Translations under genes and position numbers: made by a program
Shown here: positions 13,976-28,300 of the stretch, in pieces
Layout of the letters: each line of letters starts with the position of its first letter
How positions within the stretch are numbered: the stretch's first letter is position 1
DNA from: Antedon mediterranea
Lineage: Eukaryota > Animalia > Echinodermata
Assembly: GCF_964355755.1 (NCBI RefSeq)
Contig: NC_092675.1
Span: 62,001 to 126,000 of the forward strand
DNA length: 64,000 nt
Reading direction: 5' to 3'
The notes under the pieces: model-generated
Databases searched by the model: none
The model's input: only the letters and a program-made list of their open reading frames with translations
Told to the model about the DNA's origin: nothing

Positions 13976-15014
13976 TATACATTTTAATAATGAACAAAAT
14001 GCAAGAGTTGGTTAAATGTATGTGTATTATAATTACTTGAATAACAATACAGTTTCAAAAATTGGTGAAGTATATTTAGAATTACAATCCTATATAGATT
14101 TTAAGATTTCAATAAATGCTTAGAAATGGTATAAACTACGATTAAACAAATTATATTATCTTCTATACTCTCTGCCTCAATTTGTATGTATAGACACGAG
14201 AATATTCCTTTAAGATCCAAATTAATTCGAATTTTGAATTAAAAGATCCTCGCAACCTAAGCATAATTGTCCTATACTAGATGGTACGCTCGCTTCGCTC
14301 GCGTACCATCTAGGTCGTGCCCACAGATGGTTCTCGAATACATAATAATTTCAGCGTTAAAAAACTGACGATTTCAAATGTACGTACAATAATACATGTC
14401 GTTTACACAGGAACGAATATATAGACACTGATTTATGTACTCAACAAAAATTAGCACCCTGGGAATTACTTCCGAAAGAGAAACTTGTCAAAAAATGAGA
14501 CCAATTGTTTAAGTCAAATTTAAACAAACTTAATTTGTGTTTTGAAATAATAATGTAACATTAGGGTTGAGGGATGGGGAAGAGGATGGGTGCAAAGAGG
14601 AACAATTTTTAAATATATTCTTTATCCATTTAGTAACAAAATATTAATTGTTTTCATGTTTTAAAAATAATATACCACTAAACACAGTAAAACATTGCGA
14701 TGTAATACTTTGTTGAAACTATCAGTATCACTGTCCTAGTAGATTGAAATAGCAGTACATGTAACGATACATCACTACGACGTGTATGTTTATATAATGT
14801 AAAACAATTTGTGAAAACCACCTCTATTCGGGGAAAATCATAAAGTCGATTTAATCGTCAATAAATATTAAATTATCTAACTCAACTGAATTAGTAGGCC
14901 TAATTGTTTTCAATTGTTTCTTAGAGCCAAGTCATACTTAAGTTGGTTCCTACCCTACCCACCAAAGTTGTTTTGCGTTTATGATGCACCGTAGGCATAT
15001 CAAGCTCTACAATA

Positions 15015-17720
15015 CGGGGCGCCGTTTGGGACATTGCTAATTTTGTCGAAATATTACAATTTTGTCTACACATAATTAATTTTGTCAATACAAAATTCAT
15101 TTTGTCAACACAAAATTCATTTTGTATTGACAAAATTCATTTTGTGTTGACAAAATGTATTCTGTGTGGACAAAATTCATTTTGTCTCGACAAAATTAAT
15201 TCTATGTAAACAAAAGTCATTCTGTGTAGACAAAATTAATTCTGTGTTGACAAAATTAATTTTGTGTAGACAAAATTCATTCTGTAACGACAAAAATCAT
15301 TTTGTGGCGACAAAATTCATTCTGTAATGAAAATTCTGTGTAGACAAAATTCATTTTGTCGCGACAAAATAAATTTTGTTAGCCTAGCCTACTCAAGCGT
15401 GGGACAAAACGTTTTTTAAAACATTTTGTCCCACGCTTGAGTAGGCTCGGTTTTAACATTTAAATTAGAAGGCGGAGTTTAAACGTAAAAAGGGCAAGAC
15501 AGGGTGAAGCTATAAATGATGACAGCGCGCGAATCTTTGACATTTGTTATTGGTTCAGTTATTATGGCTGAGCATGCCTCCGTCTCAATTGCTATCATAT
15601 TAATCTATTTTATAATATCAGGGACCCCTGAAAATATCAGATATGATCAGTATTCATACTTTGACAATTTAATATCTACGTCGTCAGTAATAATTATTAT
15701 TATAATGTATTCTATATTAAAAAATCGGAAAATGGTTTTTATAGAGCCCTGCTTATTATACTTAAGTAAAATTGTAGTAATGGGGCTATTTAAAATTTTG
15801 TCGTTTAAAATATTATTTATTATTCTTATAAAATGTATATACTTTATTTTAAAATTAAAGATGTATTGTCTCCCAAAATCATGAAAAATAAAGATTTTTA
15901 AAATCGGACTTTGAATAGGCCATTATGCAGTTTTAATGAAGTTGTTCACTTCCATAAGAAAAAAGAACGGGGAAAAATTATTTCACCTATAAAAAGACAA
16001 AATAAACAGTTAAATTACCCAAAAACTCATTGGCTTCCAGACAATTTGACCATTTTTTGCTTTAAATTACATTTTTTTCAGGTAAATAATTTTTTTTCAG
16101 ACCTAATTTTTTGTGAAAGTGAATAACTATTATGTGACATTAAAATAACATATTCAACAAAAAGATTTAAAAAAAACATTTTTTCAGGGGACAATATATC
16201 TTTAAGATAATAATAGTCATTGCAGAAATAATGATGCTGAAAGCTGTCCATTATTTGAAAAAAAAACATAGAACTGACTACAAAAGATTGCTCACGTTAG
16301 TTTTATATAACAGTCATCCACCCTGCGAAACCTAATAACCTTTAACCTACAGTAGTAAGTAGGCCAGGTAGCCTACGTTGGCTAGGTTACAGGACTGATT
16401 GCCCATAAAACATTCGATGTATAAATATCAACACCCCAGACAGTGTAATAATGACCTTTCCAGACCGAAAACCATTCTGCCCGAAATTACGATACTCTCT
16501 CGATACAACTCCATATTTTATTAGTGGAAATGCATTTTTATTTAACATCAATCTTATCAAGCCAGCCAAAGACTGAATACGTACATTAAAAGTACAAAGA
16601 ACAATGTAAAAATAAACAATTATTTGCAATTAGCAATGTATAATAAATAAAATCAACCATGGAGAAGGTGGAAAGAATATATACACTGCCATGGGAATGG
16701 ATACTTGAGAGGCGCCATATGTCAGTTGTGTGAACACCCATATAACTATCTGGTCAAAGTTGAATTATATCTTTCGAGGGTGTAAATATATAATAATATG
16801 CAACCGAGAGTAAAATTAAATTTAACTTTTTAACGACAATTTGCAATATCATAATCTATGGCGTACCAAACTGTCATTTATTTAGGCAACTAAAATATCT
16901 TAGTTTTTAATAGATGTAGTTAGTTTACATAGATCTTAGGTTCCAATAGAGATATATCCCTGTTTATAACCAAGATATCTTTTCAATAGATATCTCTATT
17001 ATTCCAATTAGAGACAATTAATATATGTCTTAAGAGATATTTCATAGTTTTGTTCCCTTGAGTTAGGCCTATTAGCAATTTAGTATTCCTATCAAATAAA
17101 CTTGGTAGGCCTATAGACGACGCAATTCCCATGAGAATAAATAGGCCTATACTAACTATTATATTAAAATAAATGTATTAACTAAAATCATTTCATTACT
17201 ACTCAACTTATCAGATGTTATCGTAAATAGTGTTGTCATTTTCTTAATCAATATTATCGGTATCGATATAAATCTTCAACCCTCTTTAATATTTATTACC
17301 AAAATTGGTAGGCATATAGGGCTACGCGTTATACATCAGTATAAACTGTACTTATACTCGACGCAAAGTATTCAAGTTCCATATTAGACTGAAATGAATT
17401 TTGTCTACACAGAATGAATTTTGTCTACACAGAATGAATTTTGTCTACACAGAATAATTTTTGTCTACACAGAATACATTTTGTCGCCACAAAATGAATT
17501 TTGTCCACACAGAATTAATTTTGTCTACACAGAATTAATTTTGTCCACACAGAATTAATTTTGTCGAGACAAAATGAAGTTTGTCAAGACAAAATTAATT
17601 TTGTCCACACAAAATAAATTTTGTGTTGAACAAAATGAATTTTGTATTGACAAAATTAATTATGTGTAGACAAAATTGTAATATTTCGACAAAATTAGCA
17701 ATGTCCCATACGGCGCCCCG
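15015..17720. mobile_element. foldback-type non-autonomous DNA transposon with ~350-bp TIRs built of ~20-bp subrepeats
   Basis: The left end cggggcgccgtttgggacattgctaattttgtcgaaatattac... is the reverse complement of the right end ...gtaatatttcgacaaaattagcaatgtcccatacggcgccccg. TA flanks both sides (15013-14, 17721-22). Arrays of gacaaaattcattttgt-type units lie at 15060-15380 and 17390-17690. No transposase ORF. Confidence 0.92.
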
Positions 17721-19315
17721 TACTACTATGTCTTTACAACGCTACTCATGCCAGTGAGAGGGAAGGGTGATGATATGGGTGGTTTAACTGCAATAATAAA
17801 GATTTGTACATACTATACGGCGACTGAAACCATTATCCGTCTAAAAAAATTTATATCCAACCTCTGCAGCACAGATTGAAAAAAAAATGGATCGAATTTC
17901 TGTTATGAGTATAGAGTACTTTCCTTTACGACGCCTGAGGGAATAGACACTTGTGGAACGACACAGAGATTGGAATGTTCCATTCATCGCAAATCAATAC
18001 ATTTGTATAAACGTATATTAAATCTATCAAAATAGTATTTTTTTAAGAAAATCGGCCTGTCTTCAACATTATGATACTGTACTCGAGCTGTTCAACGGGT
18101 TTTCAGCTATTAAAAACAATTATCGTAGGAGGAGATAGGAAAATGCGAAGCCTCCTCGCATTTTTGTGGCGGGTATTTTTCAAGACGGACATCCATTAGA
18201 CAGTGTATACCACGATCGGAAAACACCCCTATTTGGGGCAAATCGTTGAACCTAAATTCGTTTTAATCGTCAATAACTAATTATCTAACATAATTTAATT
18301 AGTAAACAGGGTTACATCAGGTGGTTAAAATCAGTACCGAAAGTACGAACCAACTTTATATAACCATCGAGTAAAAATTCTAAAAGTAAGGTGCGATTTA
18401 CCGAATTTTGCCCTTACGTAAATTTATATATAGATTACCAGGGTATTAATAATGTGATAATCCATTTTAAGTAGGCCCAGTGAAACATGAATTATGATAT
18501 ACAATAGAAATATTGAACACATTATACCTGAATAATCCTCAACAATGCGTTACCCATGTCAAATAATTTGTCATTCACTTGTGAATGTCATTCTGCAATT
18601 GGTTAACACAAATGTTTTATTCGGAAATATCTTGATTCGGTTTGCTAGTGCTAATAAATAATAATTGTTAAATATGACCATAATTATATTTGTTAAATGG
18701 CTTTTAAAATTGCGTCAAAACACAATTTAACCAGAAATCGGAAGAACACAGAAAAAATACAAGTATAAATCATATAAATAATGCTGGGTTCTCAAAAACA
18801 TTGTGCCCTAAAGGTCTCAAACCACGTGATCGATTGATTGACAATCACTTTAAAATAAGCCATGAAAATAACGGGGTTTTGTCCTTTGCTAACAACTATG
18901 GCAATAGATATCTATGAAAGTTCTTTGTTTTTTTTTAAAATCCTGTATCACTTTTGTTAATGTTATTTTCTTATATTTTGTACATAATTTAGTTTAAGTT
19001 TCCTTAATTAGGCCTATTTAAATAAAATCATTTCTTTCTTCTTTTTTTTAAACTTTTATTTTACTTACTCTGGACACACCTTCATTCAAGAAGTGTGCCA
19101 CTGTTTAAAAAATGTAGCTTCCAAATAAATTATTATATAATTATTATCTTTAGTTAAGTTTAATATCCACCTCCACCACCTCCGGGTCATCCCATAGGCA
19201 GGTGCGACCATCACATGAGTTATCAGTCTGTAACCTTAGGCCTAGCTACCTGCGTCTGTCAATTTGATTGGTCTGTATTGACAAATTATTATTATTTACT
19301 ATTTTACAGATAACA

Positions 19316-19370
19316 ATGTGTAGGCCTACGCTGGGTTCGACTGTTCTTCTGTTGTTTCTATTTCATACCG
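19316..19370 (+). CDS. RET: RET first coding exon, signal peptide [19 protein letters not shown]
   Basis: Acceptor ttttacag at 19302-19309, ATG at 19316, hydrophobic core, donor G|gtaagt. Phase 1 fits exon 22357. Confidence 0.65.
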
Positions 19371-22300
19371 GTAAGTACGGCACTAACAGCCTTAAATGCT
19401 CATCTATGGGGTAGCATAAGTAGTAGGCCTACTTATTGTATCCATGGTTCATCACTGTGTATGTTAACCATTGTTTTAGTAAACGGAAGTTGATGATGGT
19501 TAAACGTATGTATACCTATACATTTAAATGACAGTAATTAATATCGAGAACAATTGCATATCATTAGAAAGGACTGTATTTAGAATGTAATCACAGCAAA
19601 ATACTAATCCACCGTACCAGCAATGAATTTATATTAATCAAGCATATAACGAAAAGTTGCACATCACAGCCTAAGGATCTTTTATTATGTTGTTGAAGCA
19701 TGGAGAGAGAGGGAGAGTTTTAGACCATTATCATCAACGAATAATTGTTTATTTGCTGTTTCCTCATTTATTCAGAATGGTGTTGAGTGCAAAGGGTCGG
19801 TGTGGGTAAGGAGGGGGCACGTGACTTGTAGTTAACCTAGCTTTCCCCCTCACTGTTGTCAGTTCGATCAAACCATTTAAATTTAACAAAGCAGACTTTT
19901 AACTATCGAAAGCACAAGTGTGCCACTTTTGTAAAATTGTATATTAATTAATATCCGATCAGTACGTAACCAAGTTATTTTGAATGAATGCAATGAAAAC
20001 TGTTTTTATTACCAATATTACCACGAATACCGGATTACACACACAAACATTTTCATTTGAAATGAATTTGTGTTTATTAAGCTACATAATTAAAGTAATA
20101 AAATGCTTGAAATTCACGTCACAAATGTAATAACCATTGAGGCCCATACTCTAAGTGAGTGAACCTTTTATTCTTTATTGTTTTGTTTTTTTTAATCAGC
20201 TGATGTAGTATGATAACGGCTATAGCCTTACATACTGATATTTTCGTTGTGACTTGATGCAAAAGCATGTTTCTTTCCCGTAAAATAACCAGAATCACAG
20301 AAGCAAATAAGCTAAGTTGGATAACCCATTAGTAGGCCACTTACAACCACTCGTGTTAGGCCTAGCAAACACGGTGAATGACGATAATATCGCTGTTCAA
20401 TGTGTCTTTGACGTAAAAAATAACTAATTTCAGTTTACCGTTTTAAATATACATTATTTATCAAGTGTTAAAACTACAAACTGTTCAAATTTGAGTTCAC
20501 GTGGGCAAATATTTGCTAAGCTTACCGAGAACAACACATCCATGTGGAGAATAAGCAATGTTTGATTTTGCCAAACATTGTCAGAATAAAAAAAATATAT
20601 ATAAACTGAAATGAGCATTAAGCTGGCTGCTGCTATACACACTATGCAATCCATGAATGAGAATCATTGGTTACTGAGACGTGTTTAATTAATTTGACAA
20701 AATAAGAATACAGTAGACGTAAATAAGCAAAACAGCGCTTATTAGTGTATCTTAAGCTCTGTCTAGACTATCAAACTTTATGTGGACAAAAATGTGATGT
20801 GCCCATATATGGACATGATGACGTCATATCACTACCATATTTGGACACATCTTTTTTTACACATAATGTTTGATAGTGTAGATAGCTTAAGATTCCATTT
20901 GTAGGTTCTCTTAAACAAATTAATAACCAACAGTCAACCCCTCATTCAATACTGTTATTGATACACGTCATAATATCATTTTGCAAATAATATAATATCT
21001 GTCAAACAAATCAAATTATGATCGATTATTTAATATATACAGTAGCCTAAAGATTCTTAAAACATTTATGAATGCAAACAAAATTACTTTTTAATAACTT
21101 TATATAATTTGCAACATTATTTATTGACATAATGTTTATTTATAATGATATTAAATGAATCAATTTATATTTATTACATAAATAATGTAAAATTGAATAA
21201 TGCCTTTAAAATAAAATAGATCTATTTCATTTACGTTCAGGAAATCCGTTATGTGACGTAATCACATGACGAATTCAATTAAATGAAAGATGTATTTACT
21301 TCTAACAAAATCTATAAATTATAAATAATGAATGAATATTTTGAAATAAAGATAATTGAATTAAGATATACAGACTTTAAATGAAATACCATCACTATAC
21401 GGAACATAAAGAAAGTTTAACATGGTTAAATATAAGGTTAACATTAGGCTAGTTTAGATATGCTTAGGCTACATATCCTAAATGCTGTATCTTCACATAC
21501 AATATTTACCCAGTATCATAGGAATATCTCATTTGTATCACAGGTGGTGCCTGTATCATGTAACGGTTAGTTATTAGGTTATGGTCTATGACACTAGGTG
21601 ACACATGTGATGCTCTATTCTCGAATATTCCTATGATACTAGAGAAATCTAGATAGAGTAGTACATAGGAATAGGTGGTATTTCTGCAATATTCTCAAAT
21701 CCATCATCCATAGAATGTGTTAAAGATAACCAAGCATAATATTATTTTTATGATGGCAAGGATTGATGAGTTAATTCTGTATAATAGGCCCTATAGTATC
21801 GCCTTTATTTACGAGCAATTACAACTGTTTCCTGGCTCTCAAACACAACATAGGAATGCATAGTGGAATAACAAGCTTTCACACATTAATCCGGGTTTTT
21901 AACCTACACACAATGTAATCGTAATGACAGCATTTTCAGTTGGTATGTTTTTACACAAATTTGACATTTTCTGTTAATTAATCAACACTTTGTTTACACT
22001 TCTTCGTTATCTTCACGATGACCTATAAAGTATATTATGTATTTTTTAAATGCTTAGCCAACACAATTTTGTGACATCAACCGTACAATTTGGCACACCA
22101 AATTAATAAATATGTAGGTTTTTCTATTAAAACTACCCTGGTTTTTGTATTCGATTCGACATGGTGTTGCCATGGTAATCTTAATAATTATCAAAATCGC
22201 CTATTCTAAGCAGGATAAAAAGTGTATATTTTAGGATCGACAATTACATTTTTACATATAATTGTTATTGTATATCAGGTAATGAATTGTATATATAAAA

Positions 22301-25300
22301 CGTACACACAATTCCATACATAAACAAAGTCTTATAACAGGTCTTATTTCCTTTAGGCATTTCAGATGAGTACGTCAATACTACATTTCCGCCACCAAAG
22401 GTTGGCCAAACACGCCAAGGGTACTGCCCATCGAATAAAAATTCCTTTTTATTCTCCAAACGAAATGTTGTTATAATTGAAAACCGCTTAAAGGTAAGAG
22501 TTATATTATTATTTTATTGGATTCAATTTATTTCAATACCACGTAAAAAAATACCTCGTTTATATATGCAACAGGAAGAGTTAGGAAGAGAAGAGGAAGA
22601 GATTATTTTTACAAATGAAATGGTTATTATGCGAACTATATATTTTGTTATTCATGTTCAGGGTTCAGTACCTGTAAGTTTAAATATCACGGGGCATAAG
22701 ACAAGAAACTGTATCATAACACCAACACAACTAGACGGGCATTTTGTAGTACAGTATGCAAACATTCATAGCCAAAAAGGTATTTATTATTTTAATGTTA
22801 TAAAGTATAGCAATACCGCACATGTTTACTACAATCTTTTTGAATGCAATGATGTACTGAGGTTTACCTTTTTTCCAGGGCTCTAATTTAGCGGTCTTGT
22901 TTTCTCATCTCATGTGTGTGAAAGTTAAACTATTAAATAATGTAGCCATTTATTTCATATACAGTATCATTAAAAAGGAAGATACACTTAACTACATGAC
23001 CATTATGTAAAACAGATGCAATATCTATACCTGATGTGTTTTTATCCTGTATAAATATGTTTTTAAATAAATAAATTAAAAAAACTATGTTATATTTGTA
23101 AGAAAAACACGGAAATGCAACAGAATCGAAACGAAGTGGAAGGTGTATATTAAAAGGAATAATAAAAACGGATTTTCTTCTCTCTAGTTTTGCAACTGGT
23201 GATTAACAAGACTATTCCATATAGCATTAGTTTAAAAGATGAGATATCTCTCATAGTTCGTCCAATGCGGTCAAAGATGAACATTTTACAGAATTACTTC
23301 TACGTACAGATATCCATCGAAGAACTACAGATGGCGCTACTTAACGTACCTCTTCAACAAAGGATTGTCTACAAAAAGTCAATGAACTATAGTCGGGTAA
23401 TCAATTTTGTATTATTAATAATTATATATAAATGATGTTTTAATGACAGAGATTATGACATTCCATAGTATAGTCTGAGATATAATTAACAATAGTCATC
23501 TGCCCACTTTCTTTAGGATATTCTTTATTAGGTCGTTTGAGCCAATAATAAATTATTACACATCTTGAAAAATTATAAAGCACTATTTGGATTAAAGTAC
23601 TACCACGATAAATTGTTATAATTGGGTAGTGCATAAGGCAAACGCGACGTACAATACTGTATTTTGATTACAATTCCGTACAGTGTAGGTATATGATGAT
23701 AAAAAACATGATTCTGAATGTGACGTAATAATGACGTTGATGATAATTATGTAACGACGATGAGGTAGATACTTGTGACAATGATACTACTGATAATGAT
23801 ACAATGATGATGACGATTGTGCTAACCTGTGTCATCGATAATGATGATATTAAAGGAAATGATGAAAATGACCTTTGGAAGTTAAGGTGACGTTATGATG
23901 ACAGTGATGATGCTCCAAGTTACGATAGATATTGTTAAAAGGTAACGATGAAGACGATGATAAAGGGGGTACGACCTAATGCCAATTCTTTATATTTCAG
24001 ATTTTTCAATCAAGCGTTACTGACGTCATCAAGCAGTCTTCTTCAAACCTTAAATATAGACTCGAGATTCTAGAACCTTCAAGTCTGAACGGAAGCTTAA
24101 ATATTACACCGAACACAGCGATAGTCTACGTGCAGAATGATTATTTACTCTCTAGGTATCCGTACAGAAAGCCAAAGAACATCTCATTCCGCATATTTGT
24201 CGAAGATAATGGCAAGCAATGGAAATTTGAAAATGTAGTCAAGTTAAAAGGTGGTATGTATATTGTAGGACCTTTTATTTGGATCGTTTAGTACGACCTA
24301 TAGCATAGATGACTATTTTAGTAGTTGGACCTAGTATAGATGATCGTTTAGTAGGACCTATAGCATAGATGACTATTTTAGTAGTTGGACCTAGTATAGA
24401 TGATCGTTTAGTAGGACCTAGTATAGATAACCCTTTAAAAGGTGCTGGGTAGAGCGGGGAAAGTAATTGGTTCGTCTGAGCAAACGCTTGACTCTTTCGA
24501 ACGTCTTGCCGATGTGTTCCATGCTATATTGGAAGACACCAATCATCCTCTTCATAACGACATTATCGGCTTTGTTATCGTTAGAAGTGGTAGGATTAGA
24601 ACGGTAAACGCGCAGACGGACCGTTACAAGTAGTTCGTTTTTCCCTCTTATATTTATTTATTTGAGGCAAGCCAAGATAATATATGAGCACTGTAATTTC
24701 CATTTATATTGGACAATAAATGAATCTGTATCTGTATTAGGACTTCTAATCATAAACTCTAAATGCATTATGCAGACCATAGACCTTTATCATTATACAT
24801 CCTATATTATTTGACAAAAAGTTTAACACTTGTAAATGTATTTATTTCAGAAATTAGAAAAGACCATTGTCGTAAGTATTTACAATTTTACACGAAAAAT
24901 AAAAGTTCACTATGATTCAATCGCTTTGAAGTTTTCATATGTCATTTGTGTTTATTTGTTTGTTTTGTCGACAACATTTTGTTTGATGTATTTGTGTATA
25001 TTGTATTATATACAAATTAGATTCAAATAAGTTTATTATAATAAAATCTTCTTAGCTTCTCAGTCATGTTCAAATGCAGAACACAACAGGCCGGAGTTTT
25101 GTAACGGCGGCTGTGGATTAGGCAGCAATGGATCTGGATGCGTGTGGACCGTAGCTAAACACTTCATCTCGTGTTCAAGTAATCCTAGCACGTGCCCAGA
25201 TAATGTATGTGATGAGCTAGAAAGCATGCACTTTGACATCTGTCCGCAAGACTGTGTTGGTAGGCCTCCCCTCCTTTAATAAATAGTTTGTCGTTGTTTA

Positions 25301-28300
25301 CGCGATGGCAGTTTAATGGCAGAATAATAACTGTTTGATTTACTTTATTCACAGATAGCAACTTTGTCGGTGATAGACTGTTTGTTAATACGTATGCGAA
25401 GCCACCAAGTGGAAAAGGCATAGGTAGAATGCCTTGGACAAACGCATCTTTGTGCATTTGTAATAGCAATCCTGAACAGTGCGTTTGTAGAAGAGCGATG
25501 GCACCAGTCAATGTTGTTCAGGGAACAAGCCAACCGCCAGAATTGAATGATACAGTTACAAGTAGATTAAATCCTGGTGGTAAGTTTCATACATACCATA
25601 TGATATTTTGAACGTTTCAGTAAAGCTCTGTATACACTATCATACTTTATGTGATACAGAATGTGATGTGCCCATATATGGGCATGATGTCATATCACTA
25701 CCATATTGGGCACATCACACCTTTTTTGTCAAACTAGTTTCATAGTGTAGAAAGAGCTTAAGATGATTCAAGTAAAGTGTAATATACATTTTCTGAAATC
25801 AGTTCATCGAGTGCACTTAATATTGTTGTATTATTCGAGTATTTAGAACACGACCCCAAAATGCTTCCTTGCTCAAATCAACCTATTCTCAGTACTGTAT
25901 CTAGATTTCTGCAGTACTATTATGGGAATATGTGTTTCACACGTATCTTCTAGTATCATATACCATAACCTGACCCTTAACCTAACCTTACATGATGCAG
26001 TACTGTATCTAGATTTCTGCAGTACTGTATCATAGGAATATGTGTTTCACATGTATCTTCTATTATCATATACCATAACCTGACCCTTAACCTAACCTTA
26101 CATGATGCAGTACTGTATCTAGATTTCTGCAGTACTGTATCATAGGAATATGTGTTTCACATGTATCTTCTATTATCATATACCATAACCTGACCCTTGA
26201 CCTAACCTTACATGATGCAGTGCTGTATTACCAAATTTTCATTGATACTGTCCAAATAGTGTAGTATGTTGAGATACAGCACTGAGAATCGGGTACACCC
26301 AAATCTCTATATTAATAATGAAATGCATCGTACAAGAATGTTATTACGAATACTGTATATTTTCAAAGTAAAACGCAATGCTCAAACTTGGATCTATATG
26401 AGAATCCAAGCAATAATTAATGCACAATAGTCATATAATTCTTTAGAATGAAGGCAATTACAATTCTTATATCAATATATAGCAGAAGACCCAGTGTACA
26501 AGCCAAACGTATTAACATCGAGAAACAATTACAGTGACGGGGTAACAAGAGAATCACCAGTTTGTGGAGCGTTATGTCAGATACTCATCATATCTGGATG
26601 CCTACTGGTCTGCCTTGTAGTGCTGATTGTACTTTGGCAGAGTGGTTGCATCAAATGTCTACATCGAGGTTTTCATAAACTACCATTCGGAGCACATGTT
26701 GAACTGCAGATGACAACCATTAATGCAAACTACGCTCAGAATGAAATATTCTACAGAATTCAGGACATTCCTCCAACGATTCAACAATACAAATTAGACG
26801 TAAGTAACAGAATCATAGATGTAAGCAATTCCGATATTATACACACGCTGTAAACTCCTTTGAAAAGCTAATTGCGAAGTTATAAACAATAAGTATCTCA
26901 TCTTTCGGAGCTCATCAAGCTTGTTCCATTAGTAATATTATATAATCGCGTTGTTACATACACAATGGTGACGGAGCAATCCATACAATTCACATTGATG
27001 GTTGAAGTTTTTCTTCTCACAAAATAAGCGCAGTATAATAACATTAGGTAAAGTTAATTCATTATGCACATTCATTTAGACTAGACAAAAAGTAGTGAGC
27101 CCTCTAGCGGTCATTTGTGATTTCTGAGATTCATCGAAGCGCGACAACATCACCCGGAAATGATGTGAATTTAAAATTTTAATAGGGTTAAACTCTTTTA
27201 ACCAATTGAAAGCCTTAAATTATAGTTCCTTATGAATAATTCATGAGAATAATTAAAGCAAGGGTTGAAGAAGCATGTGACTTGGTTTTTGGAACAGGAT
27301 AGCAGTTATGATCGTGTCAGGTAATCATTGAATTTGCTCTTCTTTTTGTTAGATTTTATACGGTTTTTATCAATAATAATATTGTACATTTTTACGAGAC
27401 CATAAAAAAATTCCTCAATTTTTGAGTAAACGAGTGACTAAATAAAAAGTTACTATGTAATGTAAATATTTGTTTGACAAAAAATGGGCATGTTGATATT
27501 TTCAGGTATTTTTTAAATGGCGATTGAAATAGGTAAACAAATCACATGTATAACGGTGGTTTGTGCGAAGCTGGGCCTAGCCTTGATGGTCCAACGCGTA
27601 CTGCGTGTTAATCAATGCGTATAAGATACACACGTAGTCGTTTAGGCCAATTTTTTTACATGTTTATTTATTAATATTAGGCCCCATTCTCATTTATTTT
27701 AATTAATGTACTGAATGTACCACACTTTACAACTCTATATAAATTAGATTTTGTACTTGTATTAAATTCAAACGTTTTATGGGATTTAAAACATCAAGCT
27801 AGACCTTGTAGTAGCCCTAGGACCACATGCTAGGTTTTTCAGCCTAATTTATCATGCAGTAGGCCTATACCTCTAGCCCATCTTTCAAATACATATTTAA
27901 ATTAACATACTTTTTATATTTCTATATTTTTTATAGGATCTGACTCCAGAAAACATTTGCATCACTTGAAAGCGGCTATTTATGGACAGCATGTTGACAT
28001 TAAAAAAAATGTGACCAGCTCTTATTAATTAAATGTCTTTTAAATTAAAGGTTTTCATTATAATGAAATGTACGGTGACAGAAAATTTAAATGATTCTCA
28101 TAATTGAGGTTTCTCATAGATTTAATATTGAAGGTAAATAAATAAAGCTGTTTGTTATTCTTGCCTTTAGAAATAAACATGTTGTTAGTACTATATTATT
28201 AGGCCTAGGCCATTATACAAATTAAAACTAAAAAAATACAGTAATCATATTTAAGGCCTACACAGCAGTACCTTACTTGATTTGATTTTTTTCAAATATT

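Noticed and set aside
15516-16629. Short ORFs inside the foldback element as a transposase or cargo gene
   Set aside because: Low-complexity AT-rich translations with no recognisable catalytic motif.
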